From Thermoanaerobaculia bacterium (GTDB taxonomy: Bacteria > Acidobacteriota > Thermoanaerobaculia > Gp7-AA8), in assembly GCA_041748075.1 (NCBI GenBank), contig JBGTDX010000118.1:498-64497 (forward strand): a DNA stretch of 64,000 bases. Direction: 5' to 3'. The notes under the pieces were generated by a model, which was not told the origin of the DNA, ran no database searches, and worked only from the letters and a program-made list of their open reading frames with translations. Of this stretch, positions 49,245 to 58,394 are shown piece by piece (position 1 is the first letter of the stretch; every line of letters begins with the position of its first letter). A program made the translations under genes and the position numbers.

Positions 49245-49975
49245 CGCGAAGACCACGGCAGCGGTTGCGAATTAATGATCGCTCGCGGATTCGATTCGAA
49301 AATCCCCACCGCCGTTTCCTCGCCCCACTGCTCGGTCACCATCCTGCGCGCCTCGGTGAGCACCGGAGGTCTTCGTTCCAGCGAATGCGCGTCGGATGCG
49401 ATCACATCGACCAGCCCGAGGCGGAAGAATTCCAGCGATGCAATGAGCGCCGGCCTGCCGAAGTGCCCGAGCAGACTCCCCGCCGTAATCTGAACCACCC
49501 CGCCTTTTTCGACCAGAGAACGAAGTCGCGCGGGATTGCGGGCCAGGTCCAGGTTTCGCTCGGGGTGTGCAATCACAGGCTCTATACCGAGCAACGACAG
49601 CTCGAAGAATACTGCCTCGGCATTCGGAGGAACCCAGCCGGCAGGAAATTCAATCAGTAGATATCGAGAACGGTTCAGGCCTGTCAGTGGCCCGGCAGCT
49701 CCGCGTTCGAGGAGCTCGATCACATCAGCCGAGTAAAAGAACTCACATCCCGGCAGCACAGCCGGGTGTCCCCCCAGCTTTGCATTGAGCTTCAGAACCA
49801 GCTCGTCCCGGACGGCGACGTCATCGTTCAGCCAGCGGTCCCGCAGCACATGGGGCGTGGCAACGATGGTCGCCGTTCCTTCATCCGCAGCCGCTCGGCA
49901 GAGTGCTACCGCTTCGTCCCAGTCCGCCGGTCCGTCATCCAGCCCGGGCAGGCAATGGAAGTGGAGATCGATCAT
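49241..49975 (-). CDS. PHP-family protein-tyrosine phosphatase (CpsB/YwqE type)
   Basis: It has MIDLHFHCLPGLDDGP, TPH, AHPER and the IASDAH metal-ligand motifs typical of CpsB. Confidence 0.88.
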   Translation of the reverse strand: MIDLHFHCLPGLDDGPADWDEAVALCRAAADEGTATIVATPHVLRDRWLNDDVAVRDELVLKLNAKLGGHPAVLPGCEFFYSADVIELLERGAAGPLTGLNRSRYLLIEFPAGWVPPNAEAVFFELSLLGIEPVIAHPERNLDLARNPARLRSLVEKGGVVQITAGSLLGHFGRPALIASLEFFRLGLVDVIASDAHSLERRPPVLTEARRMVTEQWGEETAVGIFESNPRAIINSQPLPWSSR

Positions 49976-49989
49976 GCGGAAGCGAGGAT

Positions 49990-50067
49990 CAAAGATGAAG
50001 GATGAAGGATGAAAAAACCGCCCAGCCGTATGGAGACAGGGCGTGCTTCATCGCTCATCTTCGTCAT
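49990..50067. repeat. Heptamer-array hairpin, GATGAAG family (second locus)
   Basis: On the + strand, TGA falls at 49996, 50003 and 50010, and TCA at 50048 and 50055. The BY-kinase stop TCA lies at 50064, 9 nt later. AAGATGAAGGATGAAG (49992-50007) pairs with CTTCATCGCTCATCTT (50046-50061) at 14 of 16 positions. Confidence 0.8.
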
Positions 50068-52241
50068 GCGATTCCCGACTCGGGACTCGAGGAGGTCGCC
50101 CCCTGCTCGCTGTAGTAGTGGTAATACCTGCCCCCGTAAGCAGTCGGATCGTCTTCGAGGTTGTTGATCAGGACGCCGAGAATGCGGACGTTGCTTCGGA
50201 GCATCTTGTCGCGAACCCTGGCAACGTGCTCGCGCGGCGTATCTCCACCCTTGACGCAGAGAACAGCACCATCTGCGCGATACCCGAGGAGAATCGCATC
50301 GGAGACCATGGAGATCGGTGGCGTGTCGATCACGACAAAGTCGTAATTCGAGGCAGAGCTCTTCAAGAGATCCGCCATCGCATCGGAGGCGAGCAGCCCG
50401 GAGGGGTTCGGCGAGAGCGGTCCTGCCGGAATGACAGACAACCCCGGGAACGACGTCTTCACAGTGATATCAGCGGGCCTGGCGTTCTCGGCGAGGATCG
50501 TTACGAGGCCGGCGCGGTTCGAGATCCGGAGCACCTCGTGGGTGCGCGGCTTGTGAAGGTCCGCATCGATGAGCAGAACGTTCTTGCCGAGCTGACCGAG
50601 AACGATTGAGAGATTGAGCGCGGTGGACGTCTTGCCTTCGGCCGGAACGCTCGATGTGATCACGATCGACTTCACCCCTCCGGCACGTGAGAGCAGAAGA
50701 GCGGTCCGGAATGCGCGATAGGCCTCGGCAGCCGTGGTCCGTGGGTGCTCGTGAGGAAGCAGCTCAACGGATTGCTTCGCTGCCTTCTCGCCGTCGTCCT
50801 GGAACTGTTTCCTCCGTTTTTTCAGTACGTAGGGATAGCTGTACCGGCGATGTGACGGTGCCCCGACGGCCGGAATCACGCCGAGTGCGGGCAGCTGCAG
50901 ATACTGCTCGACCTGCTCGGGCGAGCGGAGGCTGCGGTCGAGGTATTCCCGAAGGAACGCGAGTCCGAGACCGATTGCAGCACCGAACAGCAGCGCATTG
51001 AGTGCGTTGCGGCTGTAGGAGGGCCGAAAGCGGGCTCCCGGAGGAAGCGCGTCGTCGACGACTCGAACATTCGATACACCCTGCCCCCGCAGGCGCGAAG
51101 TCACTTCCGTTTCGGCCTGCTGCTCGAGCAGATTGTCATGCAGCGCTCTCTTGGTTTTTACCTCGACGGCCAGAGTGTTGTACTGCACGGCGTCGCTGTT
51201 GAGCGCCATCGCCTCGCCCTTCTGGCCCTGCATCACGGCGCGGAGGCTGTCCTCGCGCCGCCGGGCGGTGAGATACTCGCTCCGGGCCACTTCTCTGGCA
51301 CGAGCGGCGGTTTCCCGGGTGAATGTCCGCAAATGCTGGCTTCCCTTGTCGATCTGCGCCTTGAGCTGCTGCATCGCAGGCCACTCCGGCTTATAGAGGT
51401 TCAGCTTCTCGGCATACTCCCGCTCGAGGCGAGCCTGCTCGGTACGAAGCTGCGCGGTCTCTCCGTCGGAGAGCGTGTCGGCAATCGCATCCGGAGAGGC
51501 GTTCTGGAGCTCCCTGAAACGGGCCTCCCTCGCGACACGGTCCGCCACCGCCGCCGAATAATCGGAGTTCAGCGATTCGAGGTTCTGAAGTGTGACGTTC
51601 GTCTGCGGATTGTCGGAGATGATGCCCTTCTCCCGCCCGTACGCCTGAAGCTCCAGTTCCTTCGCATCGATCTCGTTCTTCAGCTGCGCGATCTGCGTTG
51701 CGATGAACGACGAGGTCTGGTCGACCGCCTGCAACTTCGATTCGATGTTCCACTGAATATATTCGTCTGCCGTCAGGTTCGCGATCTGCGCGGCCTGCTC
51801 GGGCGAGTCCCCGACGTACGACAACTCGATCAGACTGGTCCCGCGGATCGGATTCGCCTCCAGATTTGCCTGAATCTCAGCGGCCGAAACTTCGCTGGCT
51901 GCCTCAGGCTCCAATCGTGACAGCACCCGTTCCGCGACCCCGCGGCTCTTCATCAGACGAGTCTGCGTCGGAAGAAATTCGGGATCCAGCGCGCTGAATG
52001 GACGCTGCGTGCCGATCTCGAGCAGACTGGCCGTGTCCCTTTCGACATTCAGCACGGCTGTCGCACGGTAGCTTCGCTCCGAGAGGACCGAAATGAGGAG
52101 ACCCACCAGGAGCGCGATACCGATGGAGACCAGGATCAGCCTCTGGTGCTTGAGAATTACAGCCCAATAGTGCGCCAGATGGACATCCTGCTGCGGCTCA
52201 TCGGCACGGAATTCGTAGGGGGCTTCGTTCTGATTCGACAT
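50064..52241 (-). CDS. Polysaccharide co-polymerase / BY-kinase (Wzc/GumC-EpsG type, fused Wzz domain + CpsD-like ATPase)
   Basis: It has an N-terminal Wzz domain with two TM helices, a long coiled coil, Walker A (SSVPAEGKTSTALNLS), Walker A'/B (LLIDADL, VVIDTPP) and a C-terminal Tyr cluster (YGGRYYHYY). Confidence 0.92.
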   Translation of the reverse strand: MSNQNEAPYEFRADEPQQDVHLAHYWAVILKHQRLILVSIGIALLVGLLISVLSERSYRATAVLNVERDTASLLEIGTQRPFSALDPEFLPTQTRLMKSRGVAERVLSRLEPEAASEVSAAEIQANLEANPIRGTSLIELSYVGDSPEQAAQIANLTADEYIQWNIESKLQAVDQTSSFIATQIAQLKNEIDAKELELQAYGREKGIISDNPQTNVTLQNLESLNSDYSAAVADRVAREARFRELQNASPDAIADTLSDGETAQLRTEQARLEREYAEKLNLYKPEWPAMQQLKAQIDKGSQHLRTFTRETAARAREVARSEYLTARRREDSLRAVMQGQKGEAMALNSDAVQYNTLAVEVKTKRALHDNLLEQQAETEVTSRLRGQGVSNVRVVDDALPPGARFRPSYSRNALNALLFGAAIGLGLAFLREYLDRSLRSPEQVEQYLQLPALGVIPAVGAPSHRRYSYPYVLKKRRKQFQDDGEKAAKQSVELLPHEHPRTTAAEAYRAFRTALLLSRAGGVKSIVITSSVPAEGKTSTALNLSIVLGQLGKNVLLIDADLHKPRTHEVLRISNRAGLVTILAENARPADITVKTSFPGLSVIPAGPLSPNPSGLLASDAMADLLKSSASNYDFVVIDTPPISMVSDAILLGYRADGAVLCVKGGDTPREHVARVRDKMLRSNVRILGVLINNLEDDPTAYGGRYYHYYSEQGATSSSPESGIA

Positions 52242-52277
52242 GTGCGTGATCGGCCGGGAAGCGGCCGGAACTCCGTG

Positions 52278-53117
52278 TTAGAAAAATGACAGTAGCACGA
52301 CCAGAACGTCATCGGCCATAAGCTGCAGATCCGGATCCTTTCCGGATACGATCCTCTTGAAATTCACCTCGGTCTCCGTATCCTGCCCGCTGGCGTCCCT
52401 CCGCTTGATCACGATGCGGTTCGAAGCGCGATCACCCATCCCGCCGGCCTTTGCAATCGCGGAAAGCACCGTCACGCGATCATCGAGATCGAACTCCAGA
52501 GCTCCCGGCTGCAGCACCTCACCCAGAGTGTAGATCTTGATAAACGACTTCGCAGGGATGTTGATGACGTCGGATGGGTAAATCGGAATATCCCACACCG
52601 GTGACGACACTTTGAAAAGCTCGTCGGCATCGACCTCGATCACGTTCGCGCCGTTGGGCTCTCCCCTTCGGAGTATGAAGATCGTCTTTCCGGCCCGCTC
52701 GGTCATGCCCCCTGCAGCCGAAACTGCCTGCAGCAGCGTCCAGTTCCCCGACACATTGAGCGTTCCAGGCCGGTGCACCGCGCCGACGACTGAAATCGGC
52801 CGATTCGAATATTCTTTGATGATCACCGAGGCATTTGCCCGGTTCACGTACCGAGCGCGAAGAAGCTCTTCAATCCTTCTCGCAACCTCTCCCGCCGTCA
52901 GCCCGGTCACCTGCAGATCGCCGATGAGTGGGAGCGCAATGACCCCCGAATCCGACACGCGACGCTCCAGATTGAAATCGGGAAGCTCCATGACTCGGAT
53001 TTCCAGCAGATCTTTGGGGCCGAGCCTGTATTCTCCCGCCGGGTCCTGGGCGGCCGCGGACAGCGACACGAACGCCATGACGACCAGCAACGCAGCTGCT
53101 GAATATGCTTTACTCAA
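52278..53117 (-). CDS. Polysaccharide export protein (Wza-like: Poly_export + SLBB domains)
   Basis: It has a signal peptide, a YRLGPKDLLEIRV opening and SLBB-like repeats. The TTG start at 53117 is in a TTGA overlap with the upstream gene. Confidence 0.85.
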   Translation of the reverse strand: MSKAYSAAALLVVMAFVSLSAAAQDPAGEYRLGPKDLLEIRVMELPDFNLERRVSDSGVIALPLIGDLQVTGLTAGEVARRIEELLRARYVNRANASVIIKEYSNRPISVVGAVHRPGTLNVSGNWTLLQAVSAAGGMTERAGKTIFILRRGEPNGANVIEVDADELFKVSSPVWDIPIYPSDVINIPAKSFIKIYTLGEVLQPGALEFDLDDRVTVLSAIAKAGGMGDRASNRIVIKRRDASGQDTETEVNFKRIVSGKDPDLQLMADDVLVVLLSFF

Positions 53118-54373
53118 AAACGATCTCCTCTGAACGTGATACCGGACGTCACGCGAAAAACCGACCGGTCGAAGCCTTCTATGTTTGAGTTGAAGTCCGT
53201 ATCCGAAACCTGGATGGTGAGCTCGGCGGAGCGGAACAGAAGCAATGAGAGCGAGCCACCCACGGTTCTCACGCGGTCGAAACGCCCTGCAGACTCCGGT
53301 CCTCCAGTCGAAACCCCTGCCGGATAGTCGTTGTTCCCGGCCTCCACGAAGGCCCGAACCCGGGTTCTCCTTCCCATCCGGACCGCGCTGGCCACTCCAT
53401 TCCGGGTCTCGACGAAGAATGGTGTGTCGGCGAACAAGCCATAAGAGATGTTTCTCCTGCCGAAGGCTTCGGCATCGATTCGTCTCGCGAAATTCCTCGA
53501 AGCAAAGTACGAGCCTGTCAGCGCGGAGTAGTCGACGGGACTCGCGATCAGCTCGATACTCCGATAGCCGCCTGAAACGTTCAGGAAATAGAGCGGCCGG
53601 GAGATCCGGATTCCGGCGAGGAACGCGACGCCTTCGTTGTCGAGCTCCCGCTCTTCTCGATCAAAGCGCGTCCGGGTCCACTCCGAAGCGACCGATACAT
53701 CGACCGAGTTCGACCAGGCGTACCTCGCGCCCACTCTCCATCCCGCGTCCGCGCGATCGAGCAGTTCGACTTCCGGAAACGAATCCGGATCTTTCACACG
53801 CAACGAATTCTCATGATCGCGCGCCTCTGCCTCCGCGAAGAACGATGTCCGGGGAAGCATGTGAAGCTCGGTGCGTCCGAGCACGCTCGATATGTTGCGC
53901 ACCACCGGAAGATCGAGCTCGCTGTTCACCGAACCGACCGTCTCCGAGATCCGTCCGGACACTTCCGCCGACATCCGGTTGAACAGGCCCAGAACCGAGG
54001 CGCCGGCATCCCAGCCGAGGTTGCGCTGAAGCGTCTGTTCTTCGTACCAGGCGTATTCGGCGACACCGTCTCCGCGAATGAAGACTTTGCGTCCGGCCGG
54101 AACGATCGCCCGCGCACCTGCGGCGACGGTTGCCGTCCAGTCGCCGGTCTCCTCACCGTCGAACGATGAAAAGACGTTGCTGTCGTAACCGAGACTTCGT
54201 AGGGCGAAAAGCGGCTGTACCCGAACTGATCCCAGCCGGATGCGGCTTTGCTCGAGCTGGCTCTCCAGCAGCTCCCTTTCGGAAATGATCCGTTGCTGCG
54301 GTACGGCGTCGGATCCGATCTGAGCGTGTAGCGGAACCACGGGACTGCTCAACCCGGCCACCAGAAGAAGCAC
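53114..54373 (-). CDS. Outer-membrane beta-barrel protein of the polysaccharide locus (EpsL-like, putative)
   Basis: It shows an alternating beta-strand pattern, aromatic-rich strands and a C-terminal ...ITFRGDRF ending in Phe. The signal-like segment is LLLVAGLSSPVVPLHAQ. The start is uncertain: GTG 54373 was chosen and ATG 54523 is the alternative. The track ORF running to 55051 overlaps the divergent gene. Confidence 0.6.
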   Translation of the reverse strand: MLLLVAGLSSPVVPLHAQIGSDAVPQQRIISERELLESQLEQSRIRLGSVRVQPLFALRSLGYDSNVFSSFDGEETGDWTATVAAGARAIVPAGRKVFIRGDGVAEYAWYEEQTLQRNLGWDAGASVLGLFNRMSAEVSGRISETVGSVNSELDLPVVRNISSVLGRTELHMLPRTSFFAEAEARDHENSLRVKDPDSFPEVELLDRADAGWRVGARYAWSNSVDVSVASEWTRTRFDREERELDNEGVAFLAGIRISRPLYFLNVSGGYRSIELIASPVDYSALTGSYFASRNFARRIDAEAFGRRNISYGLFADTPFFVETRNGVASAVRMGRRTRVRAFVEAGNNDYPAGVSTGGPESAGRFDRVRTVGGSLSLLLFRSAELTIQVSDTDFNSNIEGFDRSVFRVTSGITFRGDRF

Positions 54374-54463
54374 GGCGAGTCGTATGATGTCCGGGCTTCC
54401 GGCAGGGTCGCACGAGTTTCCGCGGGTGTCGGATATCGGCGACAGGGCCCGGACGATCAAGCG

Positions 54464-55807
54464 ATGCAGAGCGAACCGGCCGAGATCCAGAGCGAACGCG
54501 ACAGAAGATCGCACTCCAGGCATCCGTCTGCGCTCATCGAGCGTGGCGCCTTCGGAGTGCTGGTCGCCTTCATTTTTCTGGCCTGCATCCCTCATGGTCT
54601 GGTCGCGCCCGCGGGACGCTTCGGTCTGCAGTGGTTTTCCTTCGGGCTCGCCGTCATCGTTGCATTGACCGCGAGAAATCGGGTGAGCGGGCCTGCACGG
54701 CGGCTCATCGGCTGCCTGGCTCTTCTCGCGGGTATAGGATTCGTGCAAATTCTGCCCCTCCCCCTGAGTGTCGTCGAGGCGGTTTCCCCCGCGAGCGCTC
54801 GTATGTACCACGAATCCTCCACCGTGTTGAAGAGTTCCGGTAGGAATCCGGTCGATCCTCGCATCTCGATCGCACCGCGCCGCACAGCCAGCGCCGCCCT
54901 CGAGCTTCTCGCGTTCGCTGCGCTCGTCTTCGCCGCGGCGAGCCTCACCCGCAACCCGCTCCGGCGGCGCATCCTCGCCCTGGCGGTCCTCCTGGGTGCC
55001 ATGCTCCAGGTCCTTCATGTCGTAGTCACAGGTCAATCCGGCAGGGTTCACGGAACATTCGTCGTGAGCAACAACTTTGCCGCCTTTCTCGCCATCGCCT
55101 TTGCGACCGCGGCTGCATATTCGCTCGGTGAGCGGCGCCGCAGCCTTCGACTGACCGCCTTTTTTGTCGTCTCACTGCTGATCGTCGGCATGACGCTCGT
55201 CCGGACAGGTTCGACCGGCGGTCTTGCTGCAGCGATCTACGGCACGGCGCTGCTGTTCCTGCTCGAGCGGGCTGGCGGAAGGATGCACCATGGAGTCCGG
55301 ATGCTGGTGACCCTCGCGGGCCCCGTGGCAGGCGTTGCGATCACCCTTGCCTTCGCCGCGAAGGGAACCGCCCTCCTCGCGGCGTTGGCTCCGAGTCCCC
55401 TGGCGCGGGAAACGATGCGCGTTTCCATGTGGTCGGGTGCCCTGGATATCTGGCGCCAGTTTCCCGTTTTCGGGTCCGGACTCGGCGCGTTCGAGGATGC
55501 GTTCCGCTCGCCATCGATTCTCAGGTCAGTCGCCAATCCCCACAATGAGTTTCTCAACGTGGCCGCAACCGCGGGCTTCGCCGGAGTCGCCGTTGCGCTG
55601 GTCGCGCTGCTCTCGACATGGAGCGCACTCGTCCGGACTGCGTCCGGGAGCCGATCCACCGACAGCCGGTCCATCGCGCTTGCCGCCTTCGGCGCGCTCT
55701 GCGCAATCACGATCCACGGATTCGTCGACTTCCCACTTGCCGTCCCGGCCATCGGCGCCGTGCTGGCCTGCGTAGTGGGAGCCGGGCTCGGAGGAGACGA
55801 AGGCTGA
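54464..55807 (+). CDS. O-antigen ligase-family membrane protein (Wzy_C-type, second copy)
   Basis: It has about 10-12 TM helices and the loop motif FGSGLGAFEDAF...ANPHNEFLNVAATAGF, typical of the O-antigen ligase/Wzy_C domain. Confidence 0.75.
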   Translation: MQSEPAEIQSERDRRSHSRHPSALIERGAFGVLVAFIFLACIPHGLVAPAGRFGLQWFSFGLAVIVALTARNRVSGPARRLIGCLALLAGIGFVQILPLPLSVVEAVSPASARMYHESSTVLKSSGRNPVDPRISIAPRRTASAALELLAFAALVFAAASLTRNPLRRRILALAVLLGAMLQVLHVVVTGQSGRVHGTFVVSNNFAAFLAIAFATAAAYSLGERRRSLRLTAFFVVSLLIVGMTLVRTGSTGGLAAAIYGTALLFLLERAGGRMHHGVRMLVTLAGPVAGVAITLAFAAKGTALLAALAPSPLARETMRVSMWSGALDIWRQFPVFGSGLGAFEDAFRSPSILRSVANPHNEFLNVAATAGFAGVAVALVALLSTWSALVRTASGSRSTDSRSIALAAFGALCAITIHGFVDFPLAVPAIGAVLACVVGAGLGGDEG

Positions 55808-55913
55808 CTCAGGCGCTCGTTCCGACGTACGACGTACGACGGAAACAGAAACGGGGACACGCTGGACCCGATCCCCGCTGGCATTTCCGCAAACCACCAG
55901 CGAGAATGAACTC

Positions 55914-57287
55914 ATGGAATTCAGACAGTTCTACCTCGGATGTCTTGCCCACGCTTCCTACATGGTTGCTTCCAACGGTCAGGCGGCGGTGATCGATCCG
56001 CAGCGCGATGTCGATCAGTACATCGAGCAGGCAGACGCATGGGGAGCGACGATCCGCTATGTCATCGAGACGCATCTCCATGCCGATTTCGTCAGTGGTC
56101 ATCAGGAGCTGGCGCGCCGCACCGGTGCCGAGATCGTCTTCGGTGCCTCAGCAGCAGCGGAGATTCCGCATCGCGCCGTTCACGAGGGTGATGAGCTCCA
56201 GATCGGCGAGGTGGTTCTGCGCGCCATCGAAACGCCGGGGCACACGCCTGAAGGAATTTCCTGGCTCATCGTCTCGGACACTCCCGGCGTCCCGGACAAG
56301 GTCCTGACCGGCGACACGCTCTTCATCGGAGACGTCGGCCGGCCGGACCTCGCGGGTGGGCGCGGCTACAGTCCCGAAGACATGGCCGGTCTGCTTTACG
56401 ACTCGCTCCATAAGAAGCTGCTCACACTTGCCGACGAGGTGGAGGTCTATCCCGCGCACGGCGCCGGATCGGCATGCGGGCGCAATATCTCGAGAGAAAC
56501 GTCGTCGACCATCGGAGATCAGCGGCGGATGAACTATGCGCTCCAACCGATGTCACGCGAAGACTTCATCCGGATGATGACGGCGGATCTGCCCGAACCG
56601 CCGAAATACTTTCCAATGGATGTCGAGATCAACCGGAAGGGCGCGGGATCGCTCGAAGCGCTAAGAGCAACACCGCTGAGCGCGGAGGAGATAAAGCGGG
56701 GAATGGACGAGGGTTGCACCATTCTCGATGTTCGCGACGTGCAAGCCTTCGGCGCAGGGCACATTCCCGGATCGCTCAACATCGGGCTGGGGGGGCAGTA
56801 CGCTTCCTGGTCGGGATGTCTTCTCTCACCGCGCGACCGGGTGCTCGTCGTGTGCGAGAGCGCGGATCAGGCTGACGAAGCGGTGACGCGACTGGCCCGC
56901 GTCGGCCTGGAGAACGTCGAAGGCTATCTCGACGGAGGGATCGAACGCTGGGAGGCGGCAGGTTATCCGCTAGCCGGACTCTCACAGATTGATGTCGGCG
57001 AATTGAAGTCGGACCTCGAGTCTGCCCGCGAGCTGCAGGTCGTCGACGTGCGAGCACGCACTGAGTTCGAGTCCGGCCACGTTCCGCGGGCGATCAACCT
57101 TCCGCTCTCAGAGCTGGATCGGAAGCTGGATACTCTGGATCGCGAGACGCCCCTGGCGGTCATATGCGCGGGCGGATATCGTTCCTCGGCTGCGGCGAGC
57201 CTGCTCGAACGAAGCGGCTTCGCCGATCTGCGCAATGTCGTCGGAGGCACCGCAGCCTGGGTCAGAGCTGGCTTTCCGACCGAGTAG
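55914..57287 (+). CDS. MBL-fold persulfide dioxygenase-like hydrolase fused to two rhodanese domains
   Basis: It has HxHxDH (ETHLHADFVSGH) and two rhodanese-like segments. The second has the active-site loop CAGGYRSS. Confidence 0.85.
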   Translation: MEFRQFYLGCLAHASYMVASNGQAAVIDPQRDVDQYIEQADAWGATIRYVIETHLHADFVSGHQELARRTGAEIVFGASAAAEIPHRAVHEGDELQIGEVVLRAIETPGHTPEGISWLIVSDTPGVPDKVLTGDTLFIGDVGRPDLAGGRGYSPEDMAGLLYDSLHKKLLTLADEVEVYPAHGAGSACGRNISRETSSTIGDQRRMNYALQPMSREDFIRMMTADLPEPPKYFPMDVEINRKGAGSLEALRATPLSAEEIKRGMDEGCTILDVRDVQAFGAGHIPGSLNIGLGGQYASWSGCLLSPRDRVLVVCESADQADEAVTRLARVGLENVEGYLDGGIERWEAAGYPLAGLSQIDVGELKSDLESARELQVVDVRARTEFESGHVPRAINLPLSELDRKLDTLDRETPLAVICAGGYRSSAAASLLERSGFADLRNVVGGTAAWVRAGFPTE

Positions 57288-57377
57288 CACCTCTTCCTGA
57301 AGGACTCCCGTGGCATGGCTCATGAACCGGGATTCCATCTTCGGACTCTGTACGGGTCTGATTTCAGAGGAGGCGAC

Positions 57378-57836
57378 ATGAGAATCTCATCTCTCGTTCC
57401 ACTGCTGCTCTGCTGCGCAATACTGACGGCAGCGGCATGCGCCCGGGACGAAACGGCAAGCGTTGACACGACAGCTCCAACAGGCACGGCAACAGGCGCC
57501 GGCGCATGGGACCCGGTGACCACCGGGACGGAAGACGCGGTGGCCCGCGCGCTCGACCCTGGATCGGTGAGTGTGCGACTTGTCGACTATCGCATCGAGA
57601 TGCGCAACACGATCCCGGCCGGCGAGACGACCTTCCACATCACAAATACGGGCAAGGAGCGGCACAATTTCGAGATCGAAGGCCAGGGTATCGAGGAGGA
57701 ACTGGAGAACGATCTGGCGCCCGGCGAGAGCGGAACCCTCCGCGTGAAGCTCGAGCCCGGCATCTACAGGATTTACTGCCCGGTCGCGAACCATGATGAA
57801 GAGCACGGCATGACCATGCAGCTCACGGTGCAGTAG
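57378..57836 (+). CDS. Cupredoxin-like (plastocyanin/azurin family) copper-binding protein, secreted
   Basis: It has a signal peptide (MRISSLVPLLLCCAILTAAAC), and His...Cys-x4-His...Met ligand-like spacing (ERHNFEI; YCPVANHDEEHGM). GAGGAGG lies upstream of ATG 57378. Confidence 0.7.
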   Translation: MRISSLVPLLLCCAILTAAACARDETASVDTTAPTGTATGAGAWDPVTTGTEDAVARALDPGSVSVRLVDYRIEMRNTIPAGETTFHITNTGKERHNFEIEGQGIEEELENDLAPGESGTLRVKLEPGIYRIYCPVANHDEEHGMTMQLTVQ

Positions 57837-57915
57837 GGATCGACGTCTGAGGCGCCGCCTCCATCATGGACGTTGCCACGGAGAATCTCTCCCGGTCGTT
57901 GCGGATCGTGAACGA

Positions 57916-57991
57916 TGGTGGAGCCGATCGGGATCGAACCGACGACCTCCTGAATGCCATTCAGGCGCTCTCCCAATTGAGCTACGGCCCC
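57916..57991 (-). tRNA. tRNA-Ala (anticodon GGC)
   Basis: It is 76 nt. The acceptor GGGGCCG/CGGCTCC has the G3:U70 identity pair, and the D-arm is GCTCAATTGGGAGAGC. The anticodon stem is CCTGA/TCAGG with loop ATGGCAT. The T-loop is TTCGATC, the discriminator is A, and CCA is encoded. Confidence 0.93.
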
Positions 57992-58394
57992 ACAACAGGT
58001 AGGAAACTTCGAGGGGAGCGAAGCTAACACTCCGCCTTGGCAGCGTCAAGAACCGGGCAGACCCGCACTCTATTTCGACCGGTCCAATCAGGAACAGTTC
58101 TTGCCTTGGTCAGACCCGACAGGCAGCTACCTCGCGCTTCCTGACATCGCATGAACGCCGTATTTGCAGAACCTTCACCTCGACCGACCCGTCGAAGCAA
58201 CCCGCCTCACCGCGGGCCCGCTGCAGTCTCCCCTCTCAGAACCGCGGCCACGCAACCCAACCCCGTAAGCATGGTGAGGATTTTTTTTCGCCGGCATTCA
58301 CTTTTATCAGCCACAGGCCCTCTAATAACCAGACGCTCATTGATGGGAATGGCGACCCGGAGCCAACCGCCCGGCCGGGAATGCGAGGTTGACC

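Noticed and set aside
54374-55051. N-terminal 225-aa extension of the 53114-55051 ORF
   Set aside because: The extension is charged, low-complexity sequence that overlaps the divergently transcribed O-antigen-ligase-like gene (54464-55807). A signal-peptide-like segment follows it, so the outer membrane protein gene most likely starts near 54373 (or 54523).
55823-55841. Short CGACGTA x2.5 tandem repeat after the O-antigen-ligase-like gene
   Set aside because: It has the same 7-nt period as the arrays, but only 2.5 units, no TGA and no complementary arm. It is too short to separate from chance.
55914-57836. Search for a selenoprotein gene near selC (rhodanese/MBL and cupredoxin genes, and any same-frame ORF pairs split by TGA)
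   Set aside because: The rhodanese active site is a normal Cys (CAGGYRSS). I found no adjacent same-frame ORF fragments separated by a single TGA in the track. I cannot exclude one without a SECIS search.
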